Positions 29,653 through 39,344 of a stretch of 64,000 bases of DNA are shown here, piece by piece. The notes below the pieces were generated by a model, which was given only the letters and a program-made list of their open reading frames with translations, had not been told where the DNA came from and made no database searches. The translations under genes were made by a program, and so were the position numbers. Position 1 is the stretch's first letter. Each line of letters starts with the position of its first letter. This DNA is from Holophagales bacterium. Its GTDB lineage: Bacteria; Acidobacteriota; Thermoanaerobaculia; Multivoradales; JAGPDF01. The stretch spans positions 4,172,130 through 4,236,129 of the forward strand of contig CP064972.1 in the NCBI GenBank assembly GCA_016699405.1, given 5' to 3'.

Positions 29653-30996
29653 ATGCGCCGATCGACCCGCGCGAGCCTCGTCGCGCTACTGCTCGCTTCA
29701 CCGACCCTCGGGTTCGCCGAGGCGCCGATCCCGGCGCCGGTCGCCGCGCCGAGCCCGACTCCCGCCGCTCCCGCGCCGACGGCGCCGCAGGGGAGCGACT
29801 ACCGCGAGCTCTTCCGGCAGGCGATGGCCGCACGCGAGGCCGGCGATGCGGCAACCTACCTGGCACGGCTCGAGGCGGCGGCCCGCGTCCACCCCGAGCC
29901 ACGGCAGCTCGGCTTCCGGCTCGCCGGGGCGCTGGCGCTCAGCGGTAAGTCCGACGCGGCGATCGCGCGGCTCGAGGCGATCGCCGCACTCGGGATCTGG
30001 CGCGATCTCGCGGCCGAGCCGGACTTCGCACCGTTGCGCGGCTCGCCGCGCTGGAACGGGCTGCTGCAGCGCTTCGCCGCGCTGCGCCAGCCGTTCGGCC
30101 AGGGCGTCGTCGCCTTCCGGCTCGGCGAGCGCGACCTGCTGGTCGAGGGGATCGCCTTCGATCCAGCACGCCGCGACTTCCTCCTCGGCTCGGTGCACCA
30201 GGGCAAGATCGTGCGCCGCGACGCCAGCGGGGCGGTCTCGACCTTCGCCGTCCTCGCCGGCCTTGCGCCCCTCGGCCTCGCCGTCGACGCGGCACGCGAT
30301 CGACTCTGGGCGGTGGCCGCCGATCTCCCGCAACTGGCGAAGCGCGAGGCGACCCTGCAGGGTGCGACCTTCCTGCTCGCCTTCGACCTGGCGAGCGGCC
30401 GCGAGGTCGCCCGCATCGCCCCGCCGGCAGGTGACGGCCAAGCGCTCAACGACCTCGTCCTCGCGGCGGACGGGCGCGTCTACGTCAGTGACGGACAGAC
30501 CGGCGCGGTCTGGACGCTGGCACCGGGCGCAAGCCTTCTCGAGCCCGTTCTCGCCCCCAGGTCGTTGCGATCGGCGGGCGGCCTGGCTCTCGATGCCAGC
30601 GGTCGCCGCCTCCTCGTTGCCGACTGGTCGCGCGGGCTCGCGCTCGTCGAGCTCGCCGACCGCAGCTGGCACTGGGTCGAGACGCCGCCCGAGCTCTTCC
30701 CGGTCGGTCTCGACGGCCTGGTGGCCGACCGCGGAGGCTTCGTGGCGATCCAGAACGCCTTCGAGCCGGCCCGCGTGCTGCGCTTCGAGCTGACGCCGGA
30801 CGGTTCGGCCGTGGCGCGATTCGAGATCCTCGAACGCGCCCGTCCCGAGCATCGCGAGCCGACGCTCGGCGTGATCGTCGGCAACGACCTCTACTACGTG
30901 GCCAACAGCCAATGGGAAGCGTTCGGCGAGGCGGGACGACCGAGCGCCCCGGAGCAGCTCGTCGCCCCGGTCGTACTGCGCCTGCCGCTGCGCTGA
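29653..30996 (+). CDS. secreted protein with N-terminal TPR-like region and SMP-30/gluconolactonase/LRE-like β-propeller
   Basis: GGGAGGA RBS. Signal peptide. …EGIAFDPARRDFLLGSVHQGKIVRRD… and …VYVSDGQTGAVWTL… repeats. Confidence 0.6.
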   Translation: MRRSTRASLVALLLASPTLGFAEAPIPAPVAAPSPTPAAPAPTAPQGSDYRELFRQAMAAREAGDAATYLARLEAAARVHPEPRQLGFRLAGALALSGKSDAAIARLEAIAALGIWRDLAAEPDFAPLRGSPRWNGLLQRFAALRQPFGQGVVAFRLGERDLLVEGIAFDPARRDFLLGSVHQGKIVRRDASGAVSTFAVLAGLAPLGLAVDAARDRLWAVAADLPQLAKREATLQGATFLLAFDLASGREVARIAPPAGDGQALNDLVLAADGRVYVSDGQTGAVWTLAPGASLLEPVLAPRSLRSAGGLALDASGRRLLVADWSRGLALVELADRSWHWVETPPELFPVGLDGLVADRGGFVAIQNAFEPARVLRFELTPDGSAVARFEILERARPEHREPTLGVIVGNDLYYVANSQWEAFGEAGRPSAPEQLVAPVVLRLPLR

Positions 30997-31014
30997 AGCG
31001 GGCCCGGAGCGCCG

Positions 31015-32169
31015 TCAGCGCCCGACCAGTTGCGCCAGCAGCTCGACGCCACGCGCCACCACCGGCGGCGCGGCAGCCGTCGTGCAGATGCGGACGTGCG
31101 TCGGGTACGGCCCGAAGCTCGGACCGGGCGCGACGAAGAGGCCGCGCGCCGCACAGTCCTCGAGAAAGCCGAGCAGTCCGCGCTCGTCGAGCCGTGCGGC
31201 CACGTCGAGGAAGAGGAAGGTGCTCCCCTCCGGCTCCGGAAGGCCCAGACGGCGCGCCGCCCGCGCTCCCGTTTCGCGATAGGCCTGGCGTGCCTCGGCG
31301 ACCCAGGAGTCGCCGACCCCCTCGGCGAGCACTCGCGCCGCGGCGACCTGGGCCGCAGTCGGGGTCGAATAGAAGGTGTGGGTCGACACCTTGCGCAGCT
31401 CGCCCATCAGCGCAGGCGGCCCGACGACGTAGCCGCAGCGATTTCCCGCCATGCCGTAAGCCTTCGAGAAGGAGTGCACGGCGAAGGTGCGATCCGGCGC
31501 AAGCGGGCGCGAGTAGACGTGCGGCGCGGCGTAGGCGTAGTCCTCGTACACCTCGTCGGCGAGGATCCACAGCCCGTGGCTCGACGCCCAGTCGGCGAGA
31601 GCGGCGAGGACGTGCGGTGCGATCAGTCGTCCGGTGGGGTTGCTCGGCGTGTTCCAGTAGAGCGCCACCGTCTTCGGCGTGCGGTATCGCTCGACGATCC
31701 CCCGCGCGCTCTCCGGCGAGTCGGCGAGGCCGTGGAACGGCACCGCGACCGGCACGCCGTGGAACGACCGGACGATCCCTTCGATCAACGGCCAGTGCGG
31801 CGCCAGGATGAGCACCTCGTCGCCCGGATCGCAGATCGCTCCGACGGCCGCCCCGAGCCCGCCGGTCGCCCCGGCGGTGATCAGCAGGTGCGACCGCTCG
31901 GTCGGCACCCCGGTGAGGCGCCGCTGGCGCTCGACCACCGCGTCGAGCAGCAGCGGCATGCCGTGCGGCGAGGCGTAGCGGTGCAGTCCGGGGTACTGCT
32001 CGACCGTGAGGTCCTCCATCCGGCAGCCGGGCGCCGGCTCCATCCACGTGTCGCCGACGTGCAACGGATAGACCTCGCCGCGATAGCCCTCGATCCCGTG
32101 GGCGATCGTCGAGTAGATCGAACCGCGGATGGCGGTGACGCTGCGCGCGACCTCGGGGTGCTTCGGCAT
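31015..32169 (-). CDS. pyridoxal-phosphate-dependent aminotransferase (class I/II)
   Basis: AGGAG RBS. PLP-lysine motif SFSKAYGMAGNRCGY. Aminotransferase fold. Start at MPKHPE rather than the upstream ATG. Confidence 0.85.
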   Translation of the reverse strand: MPKHPEVARSVTAIRGSIYSTIAHGIEGYRGEVYPLHVGDTWMEPAPGCRMEDLTVEQYPGLHRYASPHGMPLLLDAVVERQRRLTGVPTERSHLLITAGATGGLGAAVGAICDPGDEVLILAPHWPLIEGIVRSFHGVPVAVPFHGLADSPESARGIVERYRTPKTVALYWNTPSNPTGRLIAPHVLAALADWASSHGLWILADEVYEDYAYAAPHVYSRPLAPDRTFAVHSFSKAYGMAGNRCGYVVGPPALMGELRKVSTHTFYSTPTAAQVAAARVLAEGVGDSWVAEARQAYRETGARAARRLGLPEPEGSTFLFLDVAARLDERGLLGFLEDCAARGLFVAPGPSFGPYPTHVRICTTAAAPPVVARGVELLAQLVGR

Positions 32170-32197
32170 GGGAGGCTCCTTCCGACGGGGCCCGATC

Positions 32198-32803
32198 CTA
32201 GCGCGTCGCCTCGGCTCGCCGGCCGGCGAGGAGCACCGCACCGGCGATGCCGAGCTGTCCGAGCCAGTAGAGGGTGAGGATCGCCACCTTGCCGTGCGGA
32301 ATCGGTGCGCGGAAGCGATCGAGGCCGATGAGCAGGTCGCTCACCGCGAAGAGCACCGCACCGACGAGCGCGGCGACGCGAGCCGTGCCGGACCGTCCCG
32401 GCACGCCGATGGCGGCGGCCGCTCGCCACATCATCGCGCCGATCGCCGCGACGTAGAGCGCGACCGGCACCGCCAGCTCGCCGACGCCGGGGCGCAGGGC
32501 GAGCCAGCCCGCAACGGCGAAGGTGACGAACGGCAGGGAGCGAAGCAGCGCCGCCCGACGGGCCTCGGCGAGAAACGCCGCCGCATAGGCCAGGTGGGCG
32601 CCGAGAAACACGCCGAGACCGAAGAGGAAGGCCCCGGGAAGCTCCATCAGCACGTCGCCTACCGCCGAGAGGGCGAGACCGATCGTGAGCCGGCGTGAAT
32701 AGGGAGTACGCTCATGGCGCGAGACGAGGCCAGCGAGGACCACGGCCGGCATCGGTTTTGCTACCAACCAGAGTACCCAGAGGACACCGGGGGAGATCGA
32801 CAC
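32198..32803 (-). CDS. YhhN-family membrane protein (lysoplasmalogenase-like), paralog A
   Basis: 201 aa, multi-TM, …WLVAKPMPAVVLAG…HLAYAAAFL…. Confidence 0.75.
   Translation of the reverse strand: MSISPGVLWVLWLVAKPMPAVVLAGLVSRHERTPYSRRLTIGLALSAVGDVLMELPGAFLFGLGVFLGAHLAYAAAFLAEARRAALLRSLPFVTFAVAGWLALRPGVGELAVPVALYVAAIGAMMWRAAAAIGVPGRSGTARVAALVGAVLFAVSDLLIGLDRFRAPIPHGKVAILTLYWLGQLGIAGAVLLAGRRAEATR
32294..32435. repeat. near-identical tract (about 140 bp, 2 mismatches) shared with 34746-34889; gene-conversion tract between yhhN paralogs
   Basis: Direct comparison of the two sequences. Identity decays on both sides. Confidence 0.8.
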
Positions 32804-32877
32804 TCCCCCAACCTATCGCGTCGACCGCTTCGCAGCCATCAGAGCTGTCTGAACGCGATCCGAATGATGGAGCCCAT

Positions 32878-34614
32878 ATGCCAACTCCCCTTCGACGACT
32901 CGCCGCCTCGCTCCTGCTCTCGCTGCTTCCGCTCGCTACCGGGGCCCAGACGCCACCTCCTCCCTCCTCGCCGATCTTCGGCGAGACGGTCGAGGTCAAC
33001 GTGGTCAACGTGGAGGTGATCGTCGTCGACAAGGACGGCCGCCCGGTCGTCGGCCTCGGTCGCAACGACTTCGAGCTCCTCGAAGAAGGCAAGCCAGTGC
33101 CGATCGAGTACTTCTCGGCGCCCGAGCCCGGAGCGGTCTTCGTGCCGCTTCCCGGCGCCCCGGCCACCGCCACCCCCGAGCCCGTGGTGGCGCCCTCAGG
33201 AGAAGTCACTCTCCCGCCGCAGCGTCCTCTCCTGGTGGTCTACGTCGACGGTCTCGACCTCCGGCCCGGTCCACGCAACGATTCCCTCAAGCGACTCGCG
33301 CGCCTGGTCGAGGACCGCATGAAGATCGGCCACCGCGCCCTCGTCGCCGCCTTCGATCATCAGCTCCGTGTACTCACCCCGGCGACGGACGACAGCAAGC
33401 TCGTCCAGCGGGCGATCGAGGAGATCAAGACGATCAACCCCGGCGGCACCGGGCTGCAACTCCGCCGGCGGACGTTGCTCGCCGAAATTCAGAGTACGTT
33501 CGCGGGAGATCCGACCGGCATCGCCCAGGCCGGACTCCTGCTCCACGACATCGAGTCCTACGCTGCGGCCGAGACCGTGGAACGGCGCGCGGCCATGGTC
33601 GCGCTCTCCGACCTGCTCGCCACGCTCGCCGGCGTCGACGGCCCCAAGGCCGTCCTTCACCTGAGCGGTGGCCTCTACGTGCAGCCCGGCGACGAGCTCT
33701 ATTCCGCCTGGCAGCGCCACTTCGGCTCGTTGGTCGCCAGCGATCTCGACCACCGGCGAGCTGGCGGCGACCCCGACGCGACCATGCTGCAGCGCGAGCT
33801 GACGCGCGTGACCCGCTCGGCGCAGGCAAGTCGTGCGGTGATCTACGCCGTCGATGGCGCCGATCGGCTGCCGGAAGGTTTCACCGCGGAAGACCAGGGT
33901 GAGGTCGAGTCGACCGGCGACATGCCGGGCGTGCTCGGCGCCGCCGAGGCAGCATCCAATCTAGCCAGCATGGCCGAGCGCAGCGGCGGCCGCAAGCTCC
34001 TCGCCGGTCCCGGCCTCGACGCCGAACTCGGCAACGTGGCGAGCGAGCTGGCTTCGGCCTATTCGCTCGGCTTCACACCGCATGGAACGGTCGATGACAA
34101 GTTCCACAAGGTCACTGTGCGGGTCAAACGCGAAGGCGTGAAGGTGCGCCATCGCGAGGGCTACCGACGCCGCAGCACGGAGGATCAACTTGCCGACACC
34201 GCGGTCGCCGCGGCCAGCCTCGGGGCGGCGCCGAACCCTCTCGCCGCACGACTCGAGGTGATCGTCGGCGCCGCGTCCAAGGGCAACGGCAAGGCAAGGA
34301 TCGTCCAAGCCCTCGCCAAGGTACCGCTCACCGAGCTGACGTTGATGCCGGCCAAGGACACCAAGACCGGCAAGCTCGTCCTCGAGTTCGCGCTGCGCGA
34401 CGAGGACGGCCGCGTGAGTCGCTTCGAGCGGCGCGAGCAGTCGTTCACCTTCCCTGCCGCCAACCTCGCCGCGGCGATCAACCGCCCGGTCGCCTACGGT
34501 GTGGAAATGCGGCTCAACCCGGGGCGCTACCGGCTGGCCGCCTCGATCCTCGACGGCATCGGCGGCAACCGCACGACGGCCACCGCCGAGTTCACCGTCC
34601 CGGGCAGACGCTGA
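32878..34614 (+). CDS. secreted VWA-domain protein (VWFA-related Acidobacterial-type), paralog A
   Basis: Signal peptide. …VVNVEVIVVDKDGRPV… Roughly 65% identical to the paralog at 35316-37082 and alignable with those at 43195 and 47021. Confidence 0.8.
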   Translation: MPTPLRRLAASLLLSLLPLATGAQTPPPPSSPIFGETVEVNVVNVEVIVVDKDGRPVVGLGRNDFELLEEGKPVPIEYFSAPEPGAVFVPLPGAPATATPEPVVAPSGEVTLPPQRPLLVVYVDGLDLRPGPRNDSLKRLARLVEDRMKIGHRALVAAFDHQLRVLTPATDDSKLVQRAIEEIKTINPGGTGLQLRRRTLLAEIQSTFAGDPTGIAQAGLLLHDIESYAAAETVERRAAMVALSDLLATLAGVDGPKAVLHLSGGLYVQPGDELYSAWQRHFGSLVASDLDHRRAGGDPDATMLQRELTRVTRSAQASRAVIYAVDGADRLPEGFTAEDQGEVESTGDMPGVLGAAEAASNLASMAERSGGRKLLAGPGLDAELGNVASELASAYSLGFTPHGTVDDKFHKVTVRVKREGVKVRHREGYRRRSTEDQLADTAVAAASLGAAPNPLAARLEVIVGAASKGNGKARIVQALAKVPLTELTLMPAKDTKTGKLVLEFALRDEDGRVSRFERREQSFTFPAANLAAAINRPVAYGVEMRLNPGRYRLAASILDGIGGNRTTATAEFTVPGRR

Positions 34615-35248
34615 GCGCCGCCGGCGCCCGCGAGATCACTGGTCGCCAAGGATCAATGGCAGCCCATCCTTGCCGGCGCCGACGATCACCACCTTGGCGT
34701 TCCGCGACTTGGCGACCTCGACCGTCGCTTCGATCCCCTTCCGCGCCGTGCGGAATCGGCGCGCGGAAGCGATCGAGGCCGATGAGCAGGTCGCTCACCG
34801 CGAAGAGCACCGCACCGACGAGCGCGGCGACGCGAGCCGTGCCGGACCGTCCCGGCACGCCGATGGCGGCGGCCGCACGCCACATCATCAGGGCGATGGC
34901 CGTGACGTAGAAAGCCACCGGCACGAGCAGCTCGCCGAGCCCCGGTCGCAAGACGGCGAAGGCGACAAGCGCGAACGCGGCAAACGGCAGGGCGCGAAGC
35001 AGCGCCGGCCGGCGCGATTCGGCGAAAAAGGCCGCGGCGTAGGTCAGATGGGCGAAGAGAAAGAGACCGAGCCCGGCCACGAACCCGCCCGAAAGCTCGA
35101 GGAGCAGATCGCCTCCGGCGGAGAGCACGAGGCCGGCGGAGAGCCGGCGAGCGAACGCGGTAGGCTCCCGCCGTGCCACGACGCCGGCGAGCAGCAGGGC
35201 CGGCATCGGTTTTGCTAACAACCAGACGACATCGACGAGTCGGGACAT
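34592..35248 (-). CDS. YhhN-family membrane protein, paralog B; C-terminus replaced by an out-of-frame SPFH-remnant sequence (chimeric, possibly pseudogene)
   Basis: Aligns with paralog A through …RFRAPIPHG, then diverges into AEGDRSDGRGRQ…, read from the SPFH fragment. Lacks the last TM helix. Start at MSRLVDVVWLLAKPMP. Confidence 0.5.
   Translation of the reverse strand: MSRLVDVVWLLAKPMPALLLAGVVARREPTAFARRLSAGLVLSAGGDLLLELSGGFVAGLGLFLFAHLTYAAAFFAESRRPALLRALPFAAFALVAFAVLRPGLGELLVPVAFYVTAIALMMWRAAAAIGVPGRSGTARVAALVGAVLFAVSDLLIGLDRFRAPIPHGAEGDRSDGRGRQVAERQGGDRRRRQGWAAIDPWRPVISRAPAALSVCPGR
34623..34738 (-). pseudogene. remnant of the 3' end of an SPFH/band-7 gene (about 35 codons), copy of 37142-37250
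   Basis: …ccttgccggcgccgacgatcaccaccttggcgtt.cgcgacttggcgacctcgaccgtcgcttcgatcccctt matches the 3' end of the SPFH gene. It encodes …KGIEATVEVAKS.NAKVVIVGAGKDG…*. Confidence 0.6.
34746..34889. repeat. second copy of the near-identical tract (see 32294-32435)
   Basis: Sequence comparison. Confidence 0.8.
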
Positions 35249-35315
35249 CGGCTCAACCGATCGCGCCGGCTCCCGCCAAGCCATCCTTGCGCCACGTCAC
35301 GACCAGGAGCTCTTC

Positions 35316-37082
35316 ATGAACCCGCTCATCCGACCCCACGTCGCGCGCTTCGCCCGCGCCCTGGCCCACCTCGTCGTCGCGTCCGGCCTGATCGTCGTCT
35401 CCACGCACGCGGCCGCCGCCCAGACCCCTCCCCCTTCGGCTCCGGTCTTCGGCGAATCGGTCGAGGTCAACCTGGTCAACATCGACGTCGTCGTCGTCGA
35501 CAAGGACGGCCGACCGGTCGTCGGGCTGACGCGCGACGACTTCTCCCTCTTCGAGGAAGGCCGGTCGGTTCCGATCGAGTTCTTCTCCGGCCCCGAGCCG
35601 GGCGCCGTCTTCGTGCCGCTGCCGGGGGCCGCAGCCGCTCCCGCCGCCCCGACGCCGACCGTCCAACCCACCGCCGCGCCGGTGCCGCCGATCCAGCGCC
35701 CGGTGCTGGTGATCTACGTCGACGGGCTCGACCTGCGCCCCGGTCCGCGCAACGACTCGCTCAAGCGCCTCGCCCGGCTGGTCGACGATCGGATGATCAT
35801 CGGCCACCGCGTGCTGCTGGCGGCGTTCGACCGGAACCTGCGACTGCTCACCCCGGTGACCGACGACCGCAAGCTCGTCCGCCGGGCCTTCGACGAGCTG
35901 GCGACGATCAACCCGGGTGGCATCGGCATGCAGACGCGACGCCGGACGCTGCTCGCCGACATCCAGAGCACCTTCGCCGGCGACTCGGCCGGGAACTCGC
36001 AGGCCGAGAGCCTCCTGCACGACATCGAGGCCTACGCCACCTCCGAGACCCAGGAGCGTCGCGCCGCGATGGTGGCGCTTGCCGACCTGCTCTCCACGCT
36101 CGCCGGAATCGACGGGCCGAAGGCGGTCTTCCATCTGAGCGGAGGCCTCCCGGTGCAGCCGGCCGACGACCTCTACTCCGCCTGGCAGCGCCGCTTCGGC
36201 TCGTCGGTGAGCAGCGACCTCGACCATCGCCGCACCGGTGGCGATCCCGACGCGCAGATCCTGCAGCGGGAGCTGCAGCGCATCACCCGGGCCGCCCAGG
36301 CCAGCCGCGCGGTGATCTACACCGTCGACGGCGCCGACCGCCTCGCCGAAGGGCTGAGCGCCGAGGACCAGGGTGAGGTCGAATCGAGCGGCGACGCTCC
36401 CGGCGTCCTCGGCGCGGCCGAGGCGAGCTCGAACCTCGCCAGCCTCGCCGAGCGCAGCGGCGGCCACAAGCTGATGGCCGGTCCGGGCCTCGACGGCGCT
36501 CTCGGCGACGTGGCGAGCGAGCTCGCCTCGACGTATTCACTCGGCTTCACGCCTGCCGGAACGGCCGACGACAGGTTGCACTCGGTCACCGTGAAGGTGA
36601 AGCGCGAAGGGGTGACCGTGCGCCATCGCGAAGGCTACCGCCGGCGCAGCACCGAGGATCAGCTCGCCGACGCGGCGATCGCCGCCGCCAGCTTCGGGGC
36701 CACGCAAAACCCGCTCGCCGCGCGGGTCGACGTCGCGGTGGGCGGCGCTGCCAAGGGGAAGGCGCGCATCGTCAAGGTGCTCGCCAAGGTTCCCCTGTCG
36801 TTGATCACCTTGATGCCGAACGGCACCTCGCAGTCCGGCAAGCTGGTCTTCGATTTCGCACTGCGGGACCCGGACGGGCGTGTCACGCGCTACGAGCGGC
36901 GCGAACAGGCGTTCAAGCTCGCCGCCGACAAGGTGGCCGAGGCGCTTGGCCGCCCCGTCGCCTACGGCATCGAGATGCACCTCGTGCCGGGAACCTACCG
37001 GCTCGCGGCGTCGATTCTCGACGCGGTCGGCGGCACCCGCACCACCGCGGCTGCCGAGTTCACCGTCCCCGGCAGTCGCTGA
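35316..37082 (+). CDS. secreted VWA-domain protein (VWFA-related Acidobacterial-type), paralog B
   Basis: Signal peptide (HLVVASGLIVVSTHAAAAQ). Collinear with paralog A. Confidence 0.8.
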   Translation: MNPLIRPHVARFARALAHLVVASGLIVVSTHAAAAQTPPPSAPVFGESVEVNLVNIDVVVVDKDGRPVVGLTRDDFSLFEEGRSVPIEFFSGPEPGAVFVPLPGAAAAPAAPTPTVQPTAAPVPPIQRPVLVIYVDGLDLRPGPRNDSLKRLARLVDDRMIIGHRVLLAAFDRNLRLLTPVTDDRKLVRRAFDELATINPGGIGMQTRRRTLLADIQSTFAGDSAGNSQAESLLHDIEAYATSETQERRAAMVALADLLSTLAGIDGPKAVFHLSGGLPVQPADDLYSAWQRRFGSSVSSDLDHRRTGGDPDAQILQRELQRITRAAQASRAVIYTVDGADRLAEGLSAEDQGEVESSGDAPGVLGAAEASSNLASLAERSGGHKLMAGPGLDGALGDVASELASTYSLGFTPAGTADDRLHSVTVKVKREGVTVRHREGYRRRSTEDQLADAAIAAASFGATQNPLAARVDVAVGGAAKGKARIVKVLAKVPLSLITLMPNGTSQSGKLVFDFALRDPDGRVTRYERREQAFKLAADKVAEALGRPVAYGIEMHLVPGTYRLAASILDAVGGTRTTAAAEFTVPGSR

Positions 37083-37141
37083 CCGGCCGCACCGCGGACG
37101 AGAGCCGATCGCCGCTCGGCGGCGGTCGGCTCTTCTCGTCT

Positions 37142-38026
37142 CTACTGCCCGCCGAGGATGAGCGGCAGACCGTCCTTGCCGGCGCCGACGATCACCACCT
37201 TGGCGTTCTGCGACTTGGCGACCTCGACCGTCGCTTCGATCCCCTTCCACTTGAGCAGTTGCTCCGAGATCCCCTGCGAGACGATGCGCTGGAAGTCGGC
37301 GACACCCGAGGCCTCGATCCGCTTGCGCTCGGCCTCCTGCTTCTCCTTGGTGAGCACGAACTCCATCCGCTGGCTCTCCTGCTCGGCCGAGAGCTTCTCC
37401 TCGATCGCCGCAGCGAGCCGATCAGGAAGGGTGAGCCGGCGCAGCGGCGTGTTCTCGACCGCCAGGCCTCGCTCGCTCACCAGGTCGCGCAGGTCCTTGG
37501 CGATCGTGTCGGCGAGCTGCTGCCGCTCCGAGGTGTAGAGCGCCTTGGCCTCGTAGCTCGCGGTCACACCGCGGACCACCGAGCGGAACTGCGGCTGCAG
37601 CAGCACCTCGACGAAGGACGGGCCGATCGTGCGGTAGATCTCCGGCGCCTTCTCCGGGTCGAGGTGGTAAAGCACGCTGATCTCGAGCTGCATGGTCAGC
37701 CCCTCCTTCGAGGGCACCTCCATGACCTCCTTCAGCTCTTCGGTCTTGATCGACATCTTGATCACGTGCGCCAGCGGGTTGACCAGATGGATGCCCGACT
37801 TCAAGCTTCCCGGGCGCACCACGCCGAAGACGTCGACGACACCGACGTGCCCGGCAGGCACGACGGTCACGCACTGCACCAGGGCAATCAGTCCCAGCAC
37901 CACCGCCGCGACCAGCGCCCCGGCCCGCCCGGCCGCCGCCACCGACGGCACACCGGCACGACGAGCCACGGCGAAGAAGACGACGACCACGACCGCCAGC
38001 AACACGAGGTTGACGAAGAACGCCAT
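37142..38026 (-). CDS. SPFH/band-7 (stomatin/prohibitin-like) membrane protein
   Basis: N-terminal TM. SPFH core (…IHLVNPLAHVIKMSIKTEELKEV…). Coiled-coil C-terminal region. Confidence 0.8.
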   Translation of the reverse strand: MAFFVNLVLLAVVVVVFFAVARRAGVPSVAAAGRAGALVAAVVLGLIALVQCVTVVPAGHVGVVDVFGVVRPGSLKSGIHLVNPLAHVIKMSIKTEELKEVMEVPSKEGLTMQLEISVLYHLDPEKAPEIYRTIGPSFVEVLLQPQFRSVVRGVTASYEAKALYTSERQQLADTIAKDLRDLVSERGLAVENTPLRRLTLPDRLAAAIEEKLSAEQESQRMEFVLTKEKQEAERKRIEASGVADFQRIVSQGISEQLLKWKGIEATVEVAKSQNAKVVIVGAGKDGLPLILGGQ

Positions 38027-38108
38027 GAGAGCCTCCGATCCGTCTCAGGTTGTTCCTTCGTAGCCTAGCGCGTCGCCGTGACGAAACTGCGACATCGACG
38101 CGGCGACT

Positions 38109-39344
38109 TCATTCGTAGCGGAGAGCGTCGATCGGGTCGAGGCGAGCGGCGCGGGCCGCGGGATAGAGCCCGGAGAGAACGCCCACCGCCGTTGCCACGC
38201 CGCCCGCCAGCAGCATCGACGCGGCAGAGACGACCGTCGGCCAGCCCGCCGCGGCCGCCACCGCCGCGGAAAGCAGGACGCCGAGAAGGATCCCGGCAAT
38301 TCCCCCGGCAGCCGCCAGGGCGAACGACTCGAGAAGAAACTGAAATCGGATGTCGCGTTCGCGGGCGCCGACCGCACGCCGCACGCCGATCTCCCGGGTG
38401 CGCTCGAGGACGCTCGCCAGCATGATGTTCATGATGCCGATGCCGCCCACCAGGAGCGAAATGCCGGCGATTGACCCCATCACCACCCGAAACAGCCGTT
38501 GCGTCTTGCGCCGCTGCTCGAGGAGCGCTTCCGGGACGACCAGCTCGGTGTCTTCCGCGCCCGCATGGAGGCGATCGAGGAGCGTCGAAACACCCACCGC
38601 TGCCGCCGGCACATCGGCGGTGTCGTCCAGCTCGACGATCAGCTCGGCAAGCGCCGGCTTCGTCGTATCGCGATCGAACTTTCGCTCGGCCGTGGAGAGC
38701 GGCACGAACGCGACGCGCGCGCTCGGTCCGAGCGCCACGCCTTCGAAACGGTCCTCGTCGCCGCCGCGGGCGGCGAGCACGCCGACGACCCGCAGCCAGA
38801 CGTCGTTGACCTTGACAAGGTTGCCGACTGCCGGGGAGTAACCGAGCAACTCACGGCGTGCGCCCGCGCCGAGCACGACGACCTGAGCATGCTCTCGCTC
38901 GTCGCGCGCATCGAGAAACCGGCCATCGGCGAGCACCAGACCGGCCAGCGCGGCGTAGATCGGCTCGACACCGAACACTTCGACCTCGGCCTTCCGCTCG
39001 CTCGAGGCCACGCGATAGGTCGCGACCTTCGCCTTGGCGCTGACGCGCGCCACGCCGGGAATCGCATTGGCGATCGCTTCCCCGTCGCGGCGGGCGAGAC
39101 CGGCCGAGCGCTTGAGTTGTTCCTGGACTTGGTCGGGGCGCGCCTCGCGTGCTCGCACCAGGAGATTCCGTCGCCCCAACCGGTCGATCATCTCGAGAGC
39201 CTGCCGTTCCGCTCCGGCGCCGATCGCCAGCATGGCAATCACGGCGCCGACGCCGAAGACGATCCCGAGCATGGCCAATGCCGACCGCAGCGCATGAGCC
39301 CGCAAGTTGCCTAGAGCCGAGCCGAACGCCTCGCCGAAGGTCAT
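38109..39344 (-). CDS. ABC transporter permease, FtsX/MacB-type (no fused ATPase)
   Basis: TM1, a periplasmic domain of about 230 aa, then three C-terminal TMs (…LLVGGIGIMNIMLASVLERTREIGVRRAVGA…). ATGA overlap with the upstream HlyD gene. Confidence 0.8.
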   Translation of the reverse strand: MTFGEAFGSALGNLRAHALRSALAMLGIVFGVGAVIAMLAIGAGAERQALEMIDRLGRRNLLVRAREARPDQVQEQLKRSAGLARRDGEAIANAIPGVARVSAKAKVATYRVASSERKAEVEVFGVEPIYAALAGLVLADGRFLDARDEREHAQVVVLGAGARRELLGYSPAVGNLVKVNDVWLRVVGVLAARGGDEDRFEGVALGPSARVAFVPLSTAERKFDRDTTKPALAELIVELDDTADVPAAAVGVSTLLDRLHAGAEDTELVVPEALLEQRRKTQRLFRVVMGSIAGISLLVGGIGIMNIMLASVLERTREIGVRRAVGARERDIRFQFLLESFALAAAGGIAGILLGVLLSAAVAAAAGWPTVVSAASMLLAGGVATAVGVLSGLYPAARAARLDPIDALRYE

